Source of the DNA: Takakia lepidozioides
Lineage: Eukaryota > Plantae > Bryophyta
DNA length: 64,000 bases
Assembly (NCBI GenBank): GCA_030704615.1
Contig: CM060733.1
Span: 58,218,001-58,282,000 of the forward strand
Direction: 5' to 3'
Positions 15,001-28,339 of the stretch are shown in pieces (positions within the stretch are counted from its first letter, which is position 1; every line of letters begins with the position of its first letter). Position numbers and translations under genes: made by a program. Under the pieces are notes generated by a model that had not been told where the DNA came from, made no database searches, and worked only from the letters and a program-made list of their open reading frames with translations.

Positions 15001-18000
15001 TTTCCATTTTGTCCCATAAGCTCTATGAGATTTCCACGGACGTTATAAAGTACCATTTCATTTCATTTCATTACTCTGTCACTGTGCACAATAAAGCTCC
15101 TTCTGTCTTGTGTCTTTCTCTTGTAGAAATTTGAAACTACTTTCTAGATCTCCATCAATTTGGTCACACACACAAACACCCTTCTACCCTGTTCAACCAA
15201 CATACAAGCCCTGATTGCATCTCTTTATCCCTAGGATGGAAGTGCCAGGAACATCATGTCAAAGAATGGAGAAGTAGAGAAAATAATTCAAAGCAACAAA
15301 GTAGGACTTAACAGATGGAAAAATTACTTGGCCTTGAAAGAATAACATACTAAGAACTAGAATATGATGGGGTGGAGGTAGCATCCACCTCAACCACCAG
15401 CCTCCGGAGGACATTTGAAGAAACTTCCTTGAAGATCATTTTCACATCAACTGGGTCAAAGAGCTTCAGAAAGACCACCACCAGAGTACGAATAACAGGG
15501 AGATTAGTACCAGACATGACGGATTGAAATGACAAGGACAAAACAAATACTTTAACCATGGGGCAACACGGAGTAGCAATGCTGTTCCTCCCAGCCAATC
15601 TTAACTGAATGATGCCATCCAGAGGAGGAGTTTATAGTGCCTCCTTAACCCATCAAGGATACAGCCTCCTGCACGAGGTGGAGGATTTTTAAGAGCCACC
15701 AATGGTCAACGTGGCATTTGCGATGTACTATTCTGTCACCTTCAGATTCAGAACCTCCTGAATATCCAAATATAGCAATCCAGTTCCCTCCACTTGGGAC
15801 TATGGACCACATACCTTAACCCCCAGCCTGTGAGGTTTCAATCTACAGCACTTCCACTACTGTCACCACTCACCACTGACCTATGAATTAGCAGCTGGCT
15901 CATGCAAGTTTGACAGAAATGCACTGATTCTTGATTTGGAAATTTCTGCACCAGGCATCACCTTCTCTTCTGGCTCTATCTGGACGTGGCACTTCTTGAC
16001 CATTAGGATTGTCAAATTCCATCTAATCAAACACACCTCATTACACAAATACCATAAGCCTGATTAATCAACTACTGTCTCAATTGAAGTCCTAAACTGT
16101 ACTTTCTCATTTGACTTCTGATGAAAAGAACCTCTAATTCAGTTCTCAATGGTGTGAGTACAATTTCAAAAGACTCATGTTAGAATGGATGACTCCTAGA
16201 ATGAAGATTTAGATTTAGTCCAGCCAGACATACAGGGGATCGAAGTAAGAAAAAAACACTTACACAAACACTATCCCCAATTCTCCTAGGCATTATATAT
16301 CACACTTTATGCAGCTCTCAAGTTGTCCAAGAATTCTTCCGATTGGCAGTTCTTTGAAGAACAGCAACCAATCATACCTGAGTGATTGGTTTTCGAGGAA
16401 CGGGTTTGACATGGATGTCACTTTCATCCACCAGTCCCTCATCATCGATTAACTCCTCTTCTTCTTCCCATGGCTCCACCTCTGCCTCTTGGGGCAGCTT
16501 GGCTTGGGCAGCTTGTGCATCACGCACTCCTTCCTCAGTCAAAGCCGCCAGCACTCTTTCTTCCAATGCCGCAATTGAAAGTCCCCGTGACTGTTTGCTA
16601 CTTATCCGCAATGCTTTCTCCAGGTCGTTCCCCACCAGCTCCTAGAGGACAAAAGGAAAACCAAGGAACAGAGGCAGAGAGATATAAGGCAGTGGGAAGC
16701 TCTTGTTGGGAAATGGGGAGAAGATAACATAGAAAGAAAGAAACTTCTTAACGTCCACAGGAAGCTCAAAGAGAGAGACGGGCACGGTTTTGAAAGGATG
16801 GAGTCTATAGCCTAGAGACACACTAAGAGCCCACCTCAATGTGCTGTCTTATCACAGCTGGAGGTAGTTCAATGGCTTTGAGATTCTTGGGCTTTCCCAC
16901 CATCTCCGCCAGCCTCTGCAGCTCCTGACATATTGTTGCCACTGCTGCCTACAGAAACCCAAACATGTCCGCCCTCAGTCTCAGGGTGCTATTAGAATGG
17001 ATACTGTCATCTGTCTGTGTGCTCCTCTTAAACCCCCATACCACACCACATACATCAACCCAAGCCAAGGTTAAGAAAAAAGACTTACCTGGCCAACTTC
17101 AACTGCTTGTAGCAGCTCCTTCTCTGTTAGAAAATCGCAATAGCCCTGCGCACATCATGCAATACTGATGTATACTCAGTTCTTCAGAACATTCCCTACA
17201 TGAAAATAAAAATGAAGGGAAAAACATTGAACCACAAAAATTATATCTTCATTTACTCAGACCAGTCCCAACAGTGAATGAAAGCTTGCATATGTAGAAG
17301 TGATGAGAGAAGGTATCTTAGACACGGTATGAAGAGGGAGAGAGATATGCTATTGATAGATTTGTTCTTTGTCCAACATCTGATTTCTCATCATCCTCCA
17401 TAACTTATGTGGTGCACATATTACTGATACAACTGTGCACATTGATTTAGTGTGGGGAACTTACCTCGATCATCAAAACAGCATCTGCCGTACCAGCCAT
17501 GATCATGTCCAGCGTTGATCTACCCATCTCCTCAGTTGTTGGATTTACCACAAACTGACCATCTATCAAGCCCACGCGCACGCCTGCCACTGGCTTTGAC
17601 ATGGGGATGTCTGAGATAGCACTAATATGACAAACAGGAAGAAATAAATACCTCAATTGTACAGACCGTAGCACTCAGTTGCAGATGAGCACCAACTAAG
17701 GCATTCTGGAAGAGAAAAATGGTGCTGACAGTAGGAGGCAGCAATTTTTAGTGCACCCCTGACCCTTCAGACTTTTGAAGACATTGGCTGCTCCTAAAAC
17801 AGCACTTACAAAGCTACAACACAATTTTGTTACCAGATTCATCTGAAACACTTGGCAGCCCCTAGGTATGCAATTTGGTGAGTTCCTGCCTCAAGGTCAG
17901 CTGACCACATTGCCTAACCTCCGGCATTGGCCTTCAACCCAGGACCACCTACAGTGTGAACACATAGCGCCCCCATTACTGACTATCTGTTGAGATCTTG

Positions 18001-20891
18001 GCGTCTTCAGTAAGTGCTACCCAAGGGACCACTGCTGGAGCTTCAGTGTCAAGACTCAGGAGCATTATAAGGTAACCTTCAAATAATGATATAACTCGAG
18101 GAGTGAAATAGGGCACTCACAGGGCAGCACCAGCAGAGGTAATAGCCAATGGTTCAGGAGAGTGCACACCATCATAGCTCAACACCTAACACGATGCCCA
18201 CAGATGCATAACCCATGCCAGAATGAGGAAGAAGGGAGTGTATGCAACTCTGGTATGTGCAAGCAACACACAGAGAGGATGGCAACCAATGGAGGAAAGG
18301 GTCAGATTGCTTAAAATCAATGGCAGTTGAACAAGCAGGGGAGGAGGGGAGGAAAAGAAACATATGAGAGCTTTAGGAGTTTACCCAGACTAGAATTTGA
18401 ATATCATGGTGGAATCCCTTGGTTATCATAGGCCTTACTGGCCTGTCTATCAACCTGCATACAAGTATCTGTTTCCAAATACCCAACTCTACAATGTTAA
18501 TTCTGTTGGGTCTTGTAGAAGTTCACAATGTGAAACAGAACACTTTCCTTGGTAATACTATAACTGGCATTTGGGCTGATGGTAGAAAACCAGTTAACTC
18601 ATTCAAAAGATTTAAGTTAGGGATCTTCCTGCTTGTAGACAAATGTGACCCACCCCAACCATCATCCTGCCAACATTCTTTGCCGGATTGGACAATTGAT
18701 GTCCTGAAGTTTGGGTCACCAAATGCAACCCTGGCACTCCAGGCTCCTGCCAGTTGCTAAAAAGATCTGTCCTTACATACCCAAGTAATCTTGCCAATGA
18801 CAACAGACAGACTTGGATGGAGAGCACCTATCCTACCTCATTGTCTCGGGCCCTTCCTTCCCTCTTGATGAAGCCGCCACTGTAGATGCAAGTTCATAAC
18901 CCTAGTAAGTTGATCCTAGAAGACATGAAAATGTTTGCAAACTAATTTAACCGCTACTGTACTTGTCAACTCTATTCATTTATGTCCATAGCAACCTCTT
19001 AATCTGCACATTGCTGCCTGCTACTTGATTGATCAAGTGGCTGGAGTTTTAGTAGTAAAGCTGTGCTGCTGTTGTTACTGTCAAGTGTAATACCATGGTT
19101 GTATTCCTGTCATGCCTTCCTTGGCCCTCAAGGTCATCTTTCTGTTGATAACCCACTAGAAGAAAGCACAGTCCTGACATCATTGGCTTTGGAGAGCTTT
19201 CGAAGTTCAGGGATCATATCATGAAGGAACCATGGCCAGAAGGCTAAGCCACCTATGTAGTGGAACTCAATATAGTTATGTGTATTGTCTGCTGCTGGTG
19301 GCTTCTCGAAAGATGTTACTTTCCCTACTTGACGGACAGATCTCTCTCACCTAAGCCTGAAAACGACCAGATCAGAACAGAGCCAAACCTTGTTCTTCCA
19401 GCGGCAGAAAAGCGTTCCTGATAGTTGACAGTGAGAGGAATGAAGTCTGATGGTTCACTTCGATCTGATGATGCACAAACAGTTGTATACAGCATCTGCT
19501 CAACAACAGTAACAACAATAAATCCAAAATTAGACCACATACATCCACACCCCTAGGCATACCTCAATCAATTATGCAAAAATCTAGGACCCAAGAACCT
19601 GCCCAGGCATTTGAGTTACATTCATACTACAACAGTCATGGCCATTCTAGGGTTTAAGGATAAACCCTGCGCTTACCGTCTCTCCATCAGTGATGGTGAC
19701 AGCTCCATTCGCTTGTCTTCCTATAAGCCCAGTCTCCACCACTATCTGCACAATCAGCCATGCCCAACCTCACAAGAATTACTCAGAGGACATGACCTTG
19801 GGTTTATGGAGTGGAAAACCCATGTTGTACTTACTCCAACCAGGGCAGGTAAACAGCACCAGACTCAGCAACATAAAGGACAGACAAGGCTGGATTTTCA
19901 CATAAGGCAGCTTTTACAAATGGTATCATTCACTCTAAACCCACAAACGACTTACAAGAAAGCAGTAACCCGAGTTAAATTCGCCAAATGATGCAAAGGC
20001 CTACAACTACAGCCAATTTCTTCCTGGGGTCTAGCTATACAAAAACTGCCCTATTGATGACTGTACTGTTCTAACTCATTCAAAACCTTTTGACTTTTTC
20101 AGAAAAATGAGAACAGCCAATCTAAGTACCTAAGAAGAGATGTATCCTACCTGTCGATTGCCAACTGGAATGGTTATCGAAACTGGATTCAGCAGTGGGC
20201 GTGCGATGTTCTCCACTTTGGCTGCCACTTCAGCTGCCGTGGGTGGGGTCGAATTTGAAGGCTGAACAGGTGGAGCAGATGCAGGGGATCTTTTTTTCCT
20301 TGTTGTTTTTGCCGGACCTCTGGTCTTTTTCACAACAACTGCAGGCGACTCTTTCTCCGACCTGATGCCAAGAAACCCCAACACTCAAACACGACTGCAG
20401 GGTCGGAGCTTTGATTCCGAGGGGCAGTAGAGGCGAGAGAGCCGGTCCTGAGAGAGAAGGTTGGAGAGGAATTTTTTTTACTCCATTACATTCTTCTGGG
20501 AGTTATATCAACACATAATTTTGAGACGTAAATAATACTAGTGGCAAATTACTTGTATACTAGTATGTTGGAAGCATGCTAAAATCTTTCCAAAAGAGTT
20601 AAATTCCTACAGCTGTAATGAGTTTCGTTCATCGAAGTCCCCCAAAATTCAACTTGGTGTCATGCAACACAGCTCAGCATTGATTATACCAATAACAGAG
20701 GACTGGCTTATAACACACCTGGACTCCTCCTCCTTGCATGCGATAAAAAGAGACTGTGCGTTAAGATGGAAAATACGCGGCGATTCTGATTGTGCTAACA
20801 CAATGCGATTCGAGGAGACAGCAGGAGATAGAGAGAGCCCGCGAGGAGCAAGAAAATGGGGAGCCTGCAGCACCCCCTGGCAGCTCCACAT
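7316..20891 (-). CDS. PNP1: Chloroplast polyribonucleotide nucleotidyltransferase (PNPase), ~21 exons
   Basis: GT-AG exons give a transit-peptide-like N-terminus (ATG at 20891); RNase PH 1 ([45 protein letters not shown]); RNase PH 2 ([60 protein letters not shown]); KH ([11 protein letters not shown], ~9878-9985); S1 ([20 protein letters not shown]). Last exon 7477..7316 ends at TAG. Confidence 0.96.
9002..9030. repeat. (AG)n microsatellite in a PNPase intron
   Basis: Uninterrupted AG run next to a splice donor. Confidence 0.9.
14925..15070 (+). mobile_element. 5'-truncated non-LTR (LINE/SINE) 3' end with (TTTCA)n tail, copy 1, in a PNPase intron
   Basis: Clearly similar to 43289-43428; ends ATAAAG..CCATTTCATTTCATTTCA. 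Confidence 0.6.
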
Positions 20892-21252
20892 TGCTCTCTC
20901 TCTCTCTCTCTCCCTTGATTCTCCCTCCCCTCCTTTACCTATATCATACCCGCCTTGTGTCTCACACTTGCTTAACTCTTTCCTCGCCACTCTTTCATGC
21001 CAAGTCTACGCTATACCTCTGAAAATCCCCTCACAAGATGTAACACCATTCGGAAGAGAAACAGAGCAACAGCATCAGGAGCTCCAAATCTAGACAGGAA
21101 TACTAAGCTAGAAGGAGAGGCAGAAACCAGAGCTGAGAGGGCTACGGTGTCTGCGTCGTCTCTCTCTCTCGGGGTGGTGGATAAGGTTGGTGCATCCAAG
21201 CTTGGATGAAAATGCAACATACTCATCCGCATCCTGACTCTCGCACGTCCAT

Positions 21253-21738
21253 AAAACCAAATTCCGTTGGAACTTTGGAATAGACTTTTACTGAAATGCT
21301 CATCCCTGAGTCGAGGTTCTCTCTCTCAAAGCGGTTAGAGCTGAGATTACCTCCAAGGAGGTAATATACAATGCAGATAGGTAGCCTCCAGGGAGGTTGT
21401 TTCGTTGTTTCTTCCAAGACCTAATGGTGTTTTCCCTCCAGAGCGCTTCTTGTCTGGAAAACCTAGTGTGGTACGAAAACATTACCTGCACGGCGGTTAT
21501 TGTTTTAGGAAACCCAAATTCTGTTGGAATTGACTTTACTTTTGGTTCTCTCTCTCAAAGCGGCTAGAGCTGAACTTACTTCCAAGGAGGTAATCTACAA
21601 TGCAGATAGCCTCCCGGGAGGTTGTTTCGTTGTTTCTTCCAAGACCTAATGGTGTTTCCCCTCCAGAGCGCTTCTTGTCTGGAAAACCTGGTGTGGTAGG
21701 AAAAAATTACCTGCAAGGCGGTTATGTTTTAGGAAACC
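21253..21738. repeat. Imperfect tandem duplication (~230-260 bp x2) in the PNPase/GDPD divergent intergenic region
   Basis: 21253-21515 and 21510-21738 share long blocks such as GGTTCTCTCTCTCAAAGCGG and CAAGACCTAATGGTGTTT..CCTCCAGAGCGCTTCTTGTCTGGAAAACCT. Confidence 0.9.
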
Positions 21739-22116
21739 CTGCAGGGAGACAGTCTACCTTGGTACTGGGAGGTTTGTCTGCAGAAGCAGGGAGATGAGAG
21801 ACAAGCAGAGCATTGGCAGCCAGGAGTTCATTACATGTCGTGAATTCAACTACAGCATTACACTCTGTGTTGCCACATTACATAGAGGAGAAACTGTTAA
21901 CGCAGCATGCAGCCTTGTGCCAAATCAGTATATTTCAATCAGGGTTTGGTAATTTGAAGAGTCTCTTTCCGAATACCATCTGCAGACAATTGGATGCACA
22001 GAGAGAGACGGTGCTCTGCTCTGATTACCTGCGAGGAGTTTCAGAGCATGTTTGTCAATCCAATTTCAGTTATATTCGTTTGCAACCCATGCGGGATGAT
22101 TTGAAAAGCGCACACG

Positions 22117-25100
22117 ATGCAGTCACGGAGGCTGCGGCAGCCGCGTTTGGCAGTTGGATTTCCGCTTCGATTTTCATTCAAGAACTTTGTGTGGCTGGTG
22201 TTGCTGCTCTCTCTTTTGGCCGTCTCCCCCACGATCTACCTTCACACCAAATTGCTTCTTCCTCAGGTATGATCTTAGCTGCATCTGCCATGATTGCATC
22301 TTATTATTTACAGTTGTTCAAACCCCCTCCCCCTCCTCTTAGGAGTACGGTAGTTTCCGCCTATGCATCACGTTAGAAAGACTATCTATTATCTGGGCGA
22401 TCCAGTGATTATGGTTTATTAGTAGGGAAACCACCGCGCTTGCCGATAGTGCAAAAAAAATCAGCTAATCAACCAGTGCAACATGTGAACCTATGTTGGG
22501 AATTTGTGCAAAGGTGCCAGCCCAGAGTCATTGATACTTATGCTAGCCATAGATCTACCCGGTAGTTTTGAAGCTGCTGCGCTTCACTGAAGGATGACAT
22601 CCATCTGAGAGTTAATGCATGTTTATATCCATTAACCAGCCAAAGTCAAATCTTGGATGGATCCCAAGAAGTGTCCGAGCCCCTAAAGATCAGTCGGAGT
22701 AATTATGGGATTAAATTCTACAGCGTCCATGACCGCTTTTGTGGACGTACAATCTAGAGGCAGCTGACTAGGATCACACTTTTAGGAGCAACTGATGAAC
22801 TTCACTTATACTTGCAACTGTCTTGCAGCAAATCTGCAATCTACCTACACAGAAGTATCTAGGTCATCGATTGCATGGTAGTGCTCTGAAAAAGTCTTAT
22901 CTGAGTGCAGGGAAGAAGATGGGACTGTGAGTGGTTACAACATCCGCCGCTAGTCTGTGCCCATGGGGGTGACTCGTCCCAAGCTCCTCCAAACACAGTA
23001 GGCAGAACGTCCTCTCTTGACATACAATTTCAGAGGTCCACAGTTTGTAGACCTCAGTTGTTGCTGCATAAAGGCTACGTAGCTTTTTTTTCTTGACCAT
23101 TGCTGTGTGTAACCCTATAGTTGCTGACAATGTTAGTGTGAGACGCCAGAGCTCTCTTATAGCCAAAAATGCCCGTTTGTGAGATTTGAGCTCTACTCCA
23201 GATGGCCAAAATAGGAACTTCATATCAATGGTGAGTGATGTCAGTGAAAAGAAGACTGAGGGTTGAGGGAGTAAAAAAGAATGTTGTTCTCATGGGGACA
23301 TCAGAGATACTTGGCTCACTGTAGTTGAGATGGAAGCCACAGAATTGTCTTCTTTGACATCTCCTCTTCAGCACTTGTAGGTCAATAGATTTACCATCAC
23401 TTTGTCTTCACTGGAGAAAAAAAAAGGCTTGTTCTACTAGTTTGCTGTGTGCAACTCCAATCCCTTTGGAGGAAAATAAGGGTGGCTTGAATCTGGTTGT
23501 ACTGGTTGGTGACTGGATGTCCCAATATTATGATGCATGATTTGAATTAACAGATGTATGGCAGATCGCAGCATACCGTCTGGCACTTGCCTCACGAGTG
23601 GACTGCATTGAAATTGATGCATCACGTACGCACGATGGGGTACTGGTGGCTCTTCATGACAGGTACCTCTTATACTATCTCAGTACATGTCAAGGTTCCA
23701 GTGTTGGTGAGGATTCACAAACGGGGAAGAAAGAGAGAGAGACTGGAGGTGACATGTTGTAGATGATGGGGCCAATGCTCATGCTTTGAAGGGCAGGGAT
23801 CTGCAGGCCATTTCTGGAGATAGAAGTGCACGTGTCGGCCATCTCAATGCTAGTGAGGTACTCTCAGGGCACGAGGTCCCACAGTGTCTTTCCTACTTTC
23901 TCAAAGGGGCTTGTGCATAGAGCTGTATGCTCTGTGAATCGCCGTACAATAACCTTCCTTCCCTTTCATTTTTTCCGTTCTATGTTTGTGCTTGAGTTTT
24001 ACTTCTCTTTGGTTTCATTTCTTCTGGTGCCTTTAGTTTTTGCCCTTGTTTTCAGGGTTGTTTTTTGTGTGCTTTCTGTTTTATGTGTTTATTGAGTTCT
24101 CATTGATTGTCAATACTGTTTCTTGGCTGGGTCCTCTTGTCACCCTTCCAGAAAGATGACAGAGACTCTATATGTTTTGATCTACTGTCTGCCACTGATG
24201 AAGTCAGTAAGGAGTGATAGCAGGTAGTCACTGCTATTGAAGATATGGTAGAATTGGCTTACTCTGCGATACTCTGAGATACTCTGAGATTGCTTACATT
24301 CTGTTGAGATTATACATTCTCATCTTTCTCTTTATTCCGTCTCCAAAGTTTGGAGTTGTACTCTACACTTACATGGATATCTGTTTCAAACGATTATGGT
24401 GGGAGTCATGACCCTATGGATCAATTTCACTCTCAGATGGTTTAGATTTGTTTGAGCTGCAGTGCGAAGTACAGAGGCATAGTTGGTCTATCTCTTTTTA
24501 TACACTCACTCAAAGGAGCTGGTTCTCAGTCTTGTCATCAGTTAATGGTTGTCGTGCATTTCCACAAGTGGTTTGGTTAGTGATTGAGACACTCAAGATT
24601 GCTGTGATTGGAATCTCTCAGTGATTCAGAAAATCTATGGGTGTACTTCTCCTCATGTATGCGATGGCTTGCAGATAAATGAACTTGATGCAGGCTTTGG
24701 ATTTCCCCTAAAATTTCACAAGCAACATGTGCCCACTATGGAAGCTGCTCTTCGGGTACTTCCATACTCTCACCAGTGTTCAGTTGAGAGCATGTCTTGA
24801 GAGAGACAGGGTGCATTGTACGGACATTTTACTTGAACCTCCTTGAGCAGAGGCTAACAGATTCTCCATCTCCATATGGGATGATTCTTTTTAGTGCCTT
24901 CTTGCAGTACGTAACTCAACATGTGAAGCAAGTTATAATTGATGTGAAAGTGGGACCTCCAGAGTTTGAGAAGGGCCTGGCTGCTGACATCTTCTCGGTG
25001 GTAAGTTCTTCTTGACCTTGATGTGGGTGTTGTTGTCAACTTATCCCTATGCATCTGATGTGACTCCATAACAGGCTACATCACTAGGATAAATGGAATT

Positions 25101-27236
25101 AGCGAGATTTGACTGCAGCTGAAGTAGTCCTTCTCCAAGTTGGAGCAACTCAGATGTGAGACTAAGGAGATAATACATAAAGATCCACCAGCCCACATAC
25201 AATCTGTAAATTGCAGCCCCTGTTCGTGGAGAATATTGTTGAGGGACCAGGCAGGTTGAATCAATTGGAAGGAATTTTAGTTTGACCTTTGAACCAAACT
25301 TTGCCTCTAGATGAACAGAGTGGCCATAGGAAAATCTTGAAGATAAGGCAGAGGTAGCTGTCTGTTTGAAATATGCCAATAAGTCTGGCGAGGGTCTGCA
25401 AATTCAAGCAGAAGTTCCTGAGTACATGCAGATTGATGCTTAAGCTGAAGGCCTGGGACCCAATATACACAAGTAACGGTGTATTTCTATGGTAGGCCAT
25501 TCGTAGGCTGCAATTTATGATGACTGTAGGAGGAGTGAGTTTTTAAATTTACAAGGGTTGAAATCAGAGAGCATTTGAAATGGGTAAGGTGTGTACTATG
25601 CCCTCTCCTCGACTTTGTAAATGCCAGTCAAGAAGCTGATTTGCTATCTTTTACTAGAAGCACAGTGGTGCTACCTGGTTAGGATGAATAAGAGAGAGAA
25701 GGAAAAGGTTGTTGTGCTACTTGACACAGGATCATGACACATGTTAATAACTCACAGGAGACACTATGACAATTTATCCATGCAGATTAGAAAGGTGGAG
25801 TGCAGCAACTGCGTAATGTGGTCCAAAGGGGATGACATTGTGCGGGAGTTTATGCACTGGTCTTCAGATGCAGGGGTGAGGGTTTTCATCCATTTTTTTG
25901 TTTTTCTTGGTTTGAAGAGTGAACTCTTAAACTAGATCATTTTTGCAGATTGAGGGATCACAGGAGCTCACAGATAATACTGCTTGGGTGGGTTTGGTTG
26001 AGCAGTCAATGGGCTATATTGTGATGAAGGACACACTGAGTGGCAAAGTGAGCAAGTTGTTGCGGATGGAGGGAGCCGGTGTTATCGGTGCCTATCATGG
26101 TCTTGTCAATGCCCAACTGGTGTCAACTGCCCACAGGTGACAAGTTCCCCCTACTCCAGCAATCATGAACCATGTAAACAGTGCAAACTTAATTACAAAT
26201 GCCTTCATTAGACTTAGCTTTCGGAGGAAGAAAAAGGTGCTTGAGGACAATTCAGAGTGACACCATTTACCACGTTCACCGAATGAGATAATGAGTGCTT
26301 GTGGGTGCATTTATCGTCCCGGAAGAGAAAAAATGATGCCAATGCATGCTGAACTGATGGCCTCTTCATCCTGAAGGGCTACTGCCTTCAATTTAGGAAC
26401 CAGTTGACCCAGTGAATGCCCCTTTGTAGCTGGGTTGACTGTAATGGGTGACATCAGTTTGAACCTACAGCCACCTACAACCTACAGTTAACCACTTGCT
26501 AGGGCAACTTTCAATATAAAGCCCCTTGCTCTGTAGGACCAGGAGTCTGTCTGTGTCTTCTGTGGTTGTCTAAATCCAAGTTGTGTGCTACAAACAAACG
26601 GGAATGGTCTTTTTGAAAATTTTCTCACTGTGGAAGGTGGAATCTGTGATCCCATTTTGTGGGTAATTGGTCTTCCATTTTGCCTTGCCTTCCTGTGAAT
26701 GGACTGCTTAGGTAACCTTCAACATGCTAAACTCAAAGTAACATTGTAACATACTCTCCGGTTCATAAAATATTTCCAGTGTCTTGTGCCCTGTTTTCAC
26801 CAGATGGAAAACTTAAAAAGGTCATGCAATGGATCCAGTTACTTTGAAATAGCAGCAAGCATTGTACGTATGGAATTGGTGGCTTTCTGTCAGTGAAGCT
26901 TTGGATGATCTTCCTTGGAAACTCATCCAAAGTTGGCCTCAGGCATCTCCTGATTTGTTAGCATGGCATTAAGAAATAGAAAGTGCACCTCTTCTGACAA
27001 CAGCAGCTGCCTAAGAACTCGCGTGGCAGTGATGTAGTAGTCCCAATTCTAACCTGAGTATGCTTTCTATTTGCAGGGCTGGAAAGAAACTGTTTGTTTG
27101 GACGGTCGATGACGAGTCAGCAATGACACAGATGCTTAGGGCTAGGGTGGACGGAATTGTGACCAGTCTCCCCAACTTACTTCAACAGGTTATGAATGCG
27201 GAGAGACAACAGTGCTCAATCAATGGTTTCTCTTAG
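22117..27236 (+). CDS. GDPD4: Glycerophosphodiester phosphodiesterase, GDPD4-like, ~9 exons
   Basis: Exon 1 (22117-22266) has a hydrophobic anchor FVWLVLLLSLLAVSPTIYLH. Later exons give PPLVCAHGGDS..APPNT (~22911), VDCIEIDASRTHDGVLVALHDR (~23565), VIIDVKVGPP (~24930), GYIVMKD and FVWTVDD...MLRARVDGIVTS (27077-27236, TAG). Confidence 0.92.
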
Positions 27237-28087
27237 ACTCTTTTGTCTCCGTACCCTTGTTTCCCACTGCATTGCAACTGATAGGCACACACTGCAAGCT
27301 AGAGGGCTAGAGCAGAAGTGACGTAATCAACTCCATGCCTTCTAGTATGGTGTTAATATTTGCCCAAATGCTAACATTGAATACCTTGATGACTGGATGA
27401 TGATTGGCTGTGGGCCAATGTAGTTTCAGGTTGCTAATTCCACAACCAGCTCTTGGAGGGGCAGTATTCTACAGGGAATCTGTCCTGTAGGGTATGTCGC
27501 AGCCACCGTTTTCAGGAATTGGTTTTCGATTACATCTCCTGTGAATTCCCCCTCTTTCGTCCTGTCCCCTTTTACCTTCTTTACACCATTGTCTGCACGG
27601 TAACTAAAGACTATATTTGACCTTCTCAAGAGTGGTAAGAAATGCTGAAGTTGATGGTTAATGTTTATACCATAGTAGAAAGTCTGATTACTAAGACCTG
27701 TTTCCAACATACATTAGAGGAAAATTGTACACAGTACCTTTATTTGTCTCTTCCATGTATTGCTAGCACCAGCTGTGCATTAGCTGCACAATTTGTGTGC
27801 CCCTCAAATCCTTTTGGAAAACAGTGTCAGAGTGAGTCAGAAAGTACTAGGCAGATCTCACCCGAAATATTTACAGAGAGAACGCAATTAGTACTCCAAC
27901 TCTGAAGGCTCATCCCTTTTAAATTCATTCTTAGAATTGTGCACACGTGGCTCCAAGAAGGTTAGCGAAGAATGCTGAAGTGGCTTTTTTTTTTTTTTTG
28001 GGGCCTAGAGTCTATTCAAAAGTTGCCAAATGTGGCCATGATCTCATAAGTGCAATAGAAAAGTAGTGGCCATAGGTGGGAAAATAC

Positions 28088-28290
28088 CAGTGTTGGACTG
28101 GTATATGCACTAGTATTAGATACCAAACGTCTGGTATCATTTGGGAGAATACTTGGTCATATACCAGATCAGTATATATCAGTATACCAGTACTCTCCGG
28201 CCGTCTTCCTCATTTATATTATGGTATGTGTACATATACCTATATACTTGTACTTGTGTATATCTACTTCTTTATGTATATTTTACTTGT
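28088..28290. mobile_element. Left part of a hAT MITE, same family as 48363-48867, truncated
   Basis: CAGTGTTGG terminus after GAAAATAC; shares TCTGGTATCATTTGGGAGAATACTTGGTCATATACCAGA with the 48.4-kb element. Confidence 0.75.
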
Positions 28291-28339
28291 TACACCTGAA
28301 GGTTGACAAGCATAATAGAACAATTCACATTTCTTATGC

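Noticed and set aside
18455-18835. Micro-exon in PNPase for the 'ILVCR' peptide
   Set aside because: The downstream exon simply starts earlier (cag|ATA CTT GTA TGC AGG).
21813-22376. 187-aa ORF as GDPD exon 1
   Set aside because: A different frame (22117-22266) gives the membrane anchor and the correct splice phase.
25047-25500. LINE ORF2 remnant in a GDPD intron
   Set aside because: Only a weak W..R...F-like motif; not enough to support a call.
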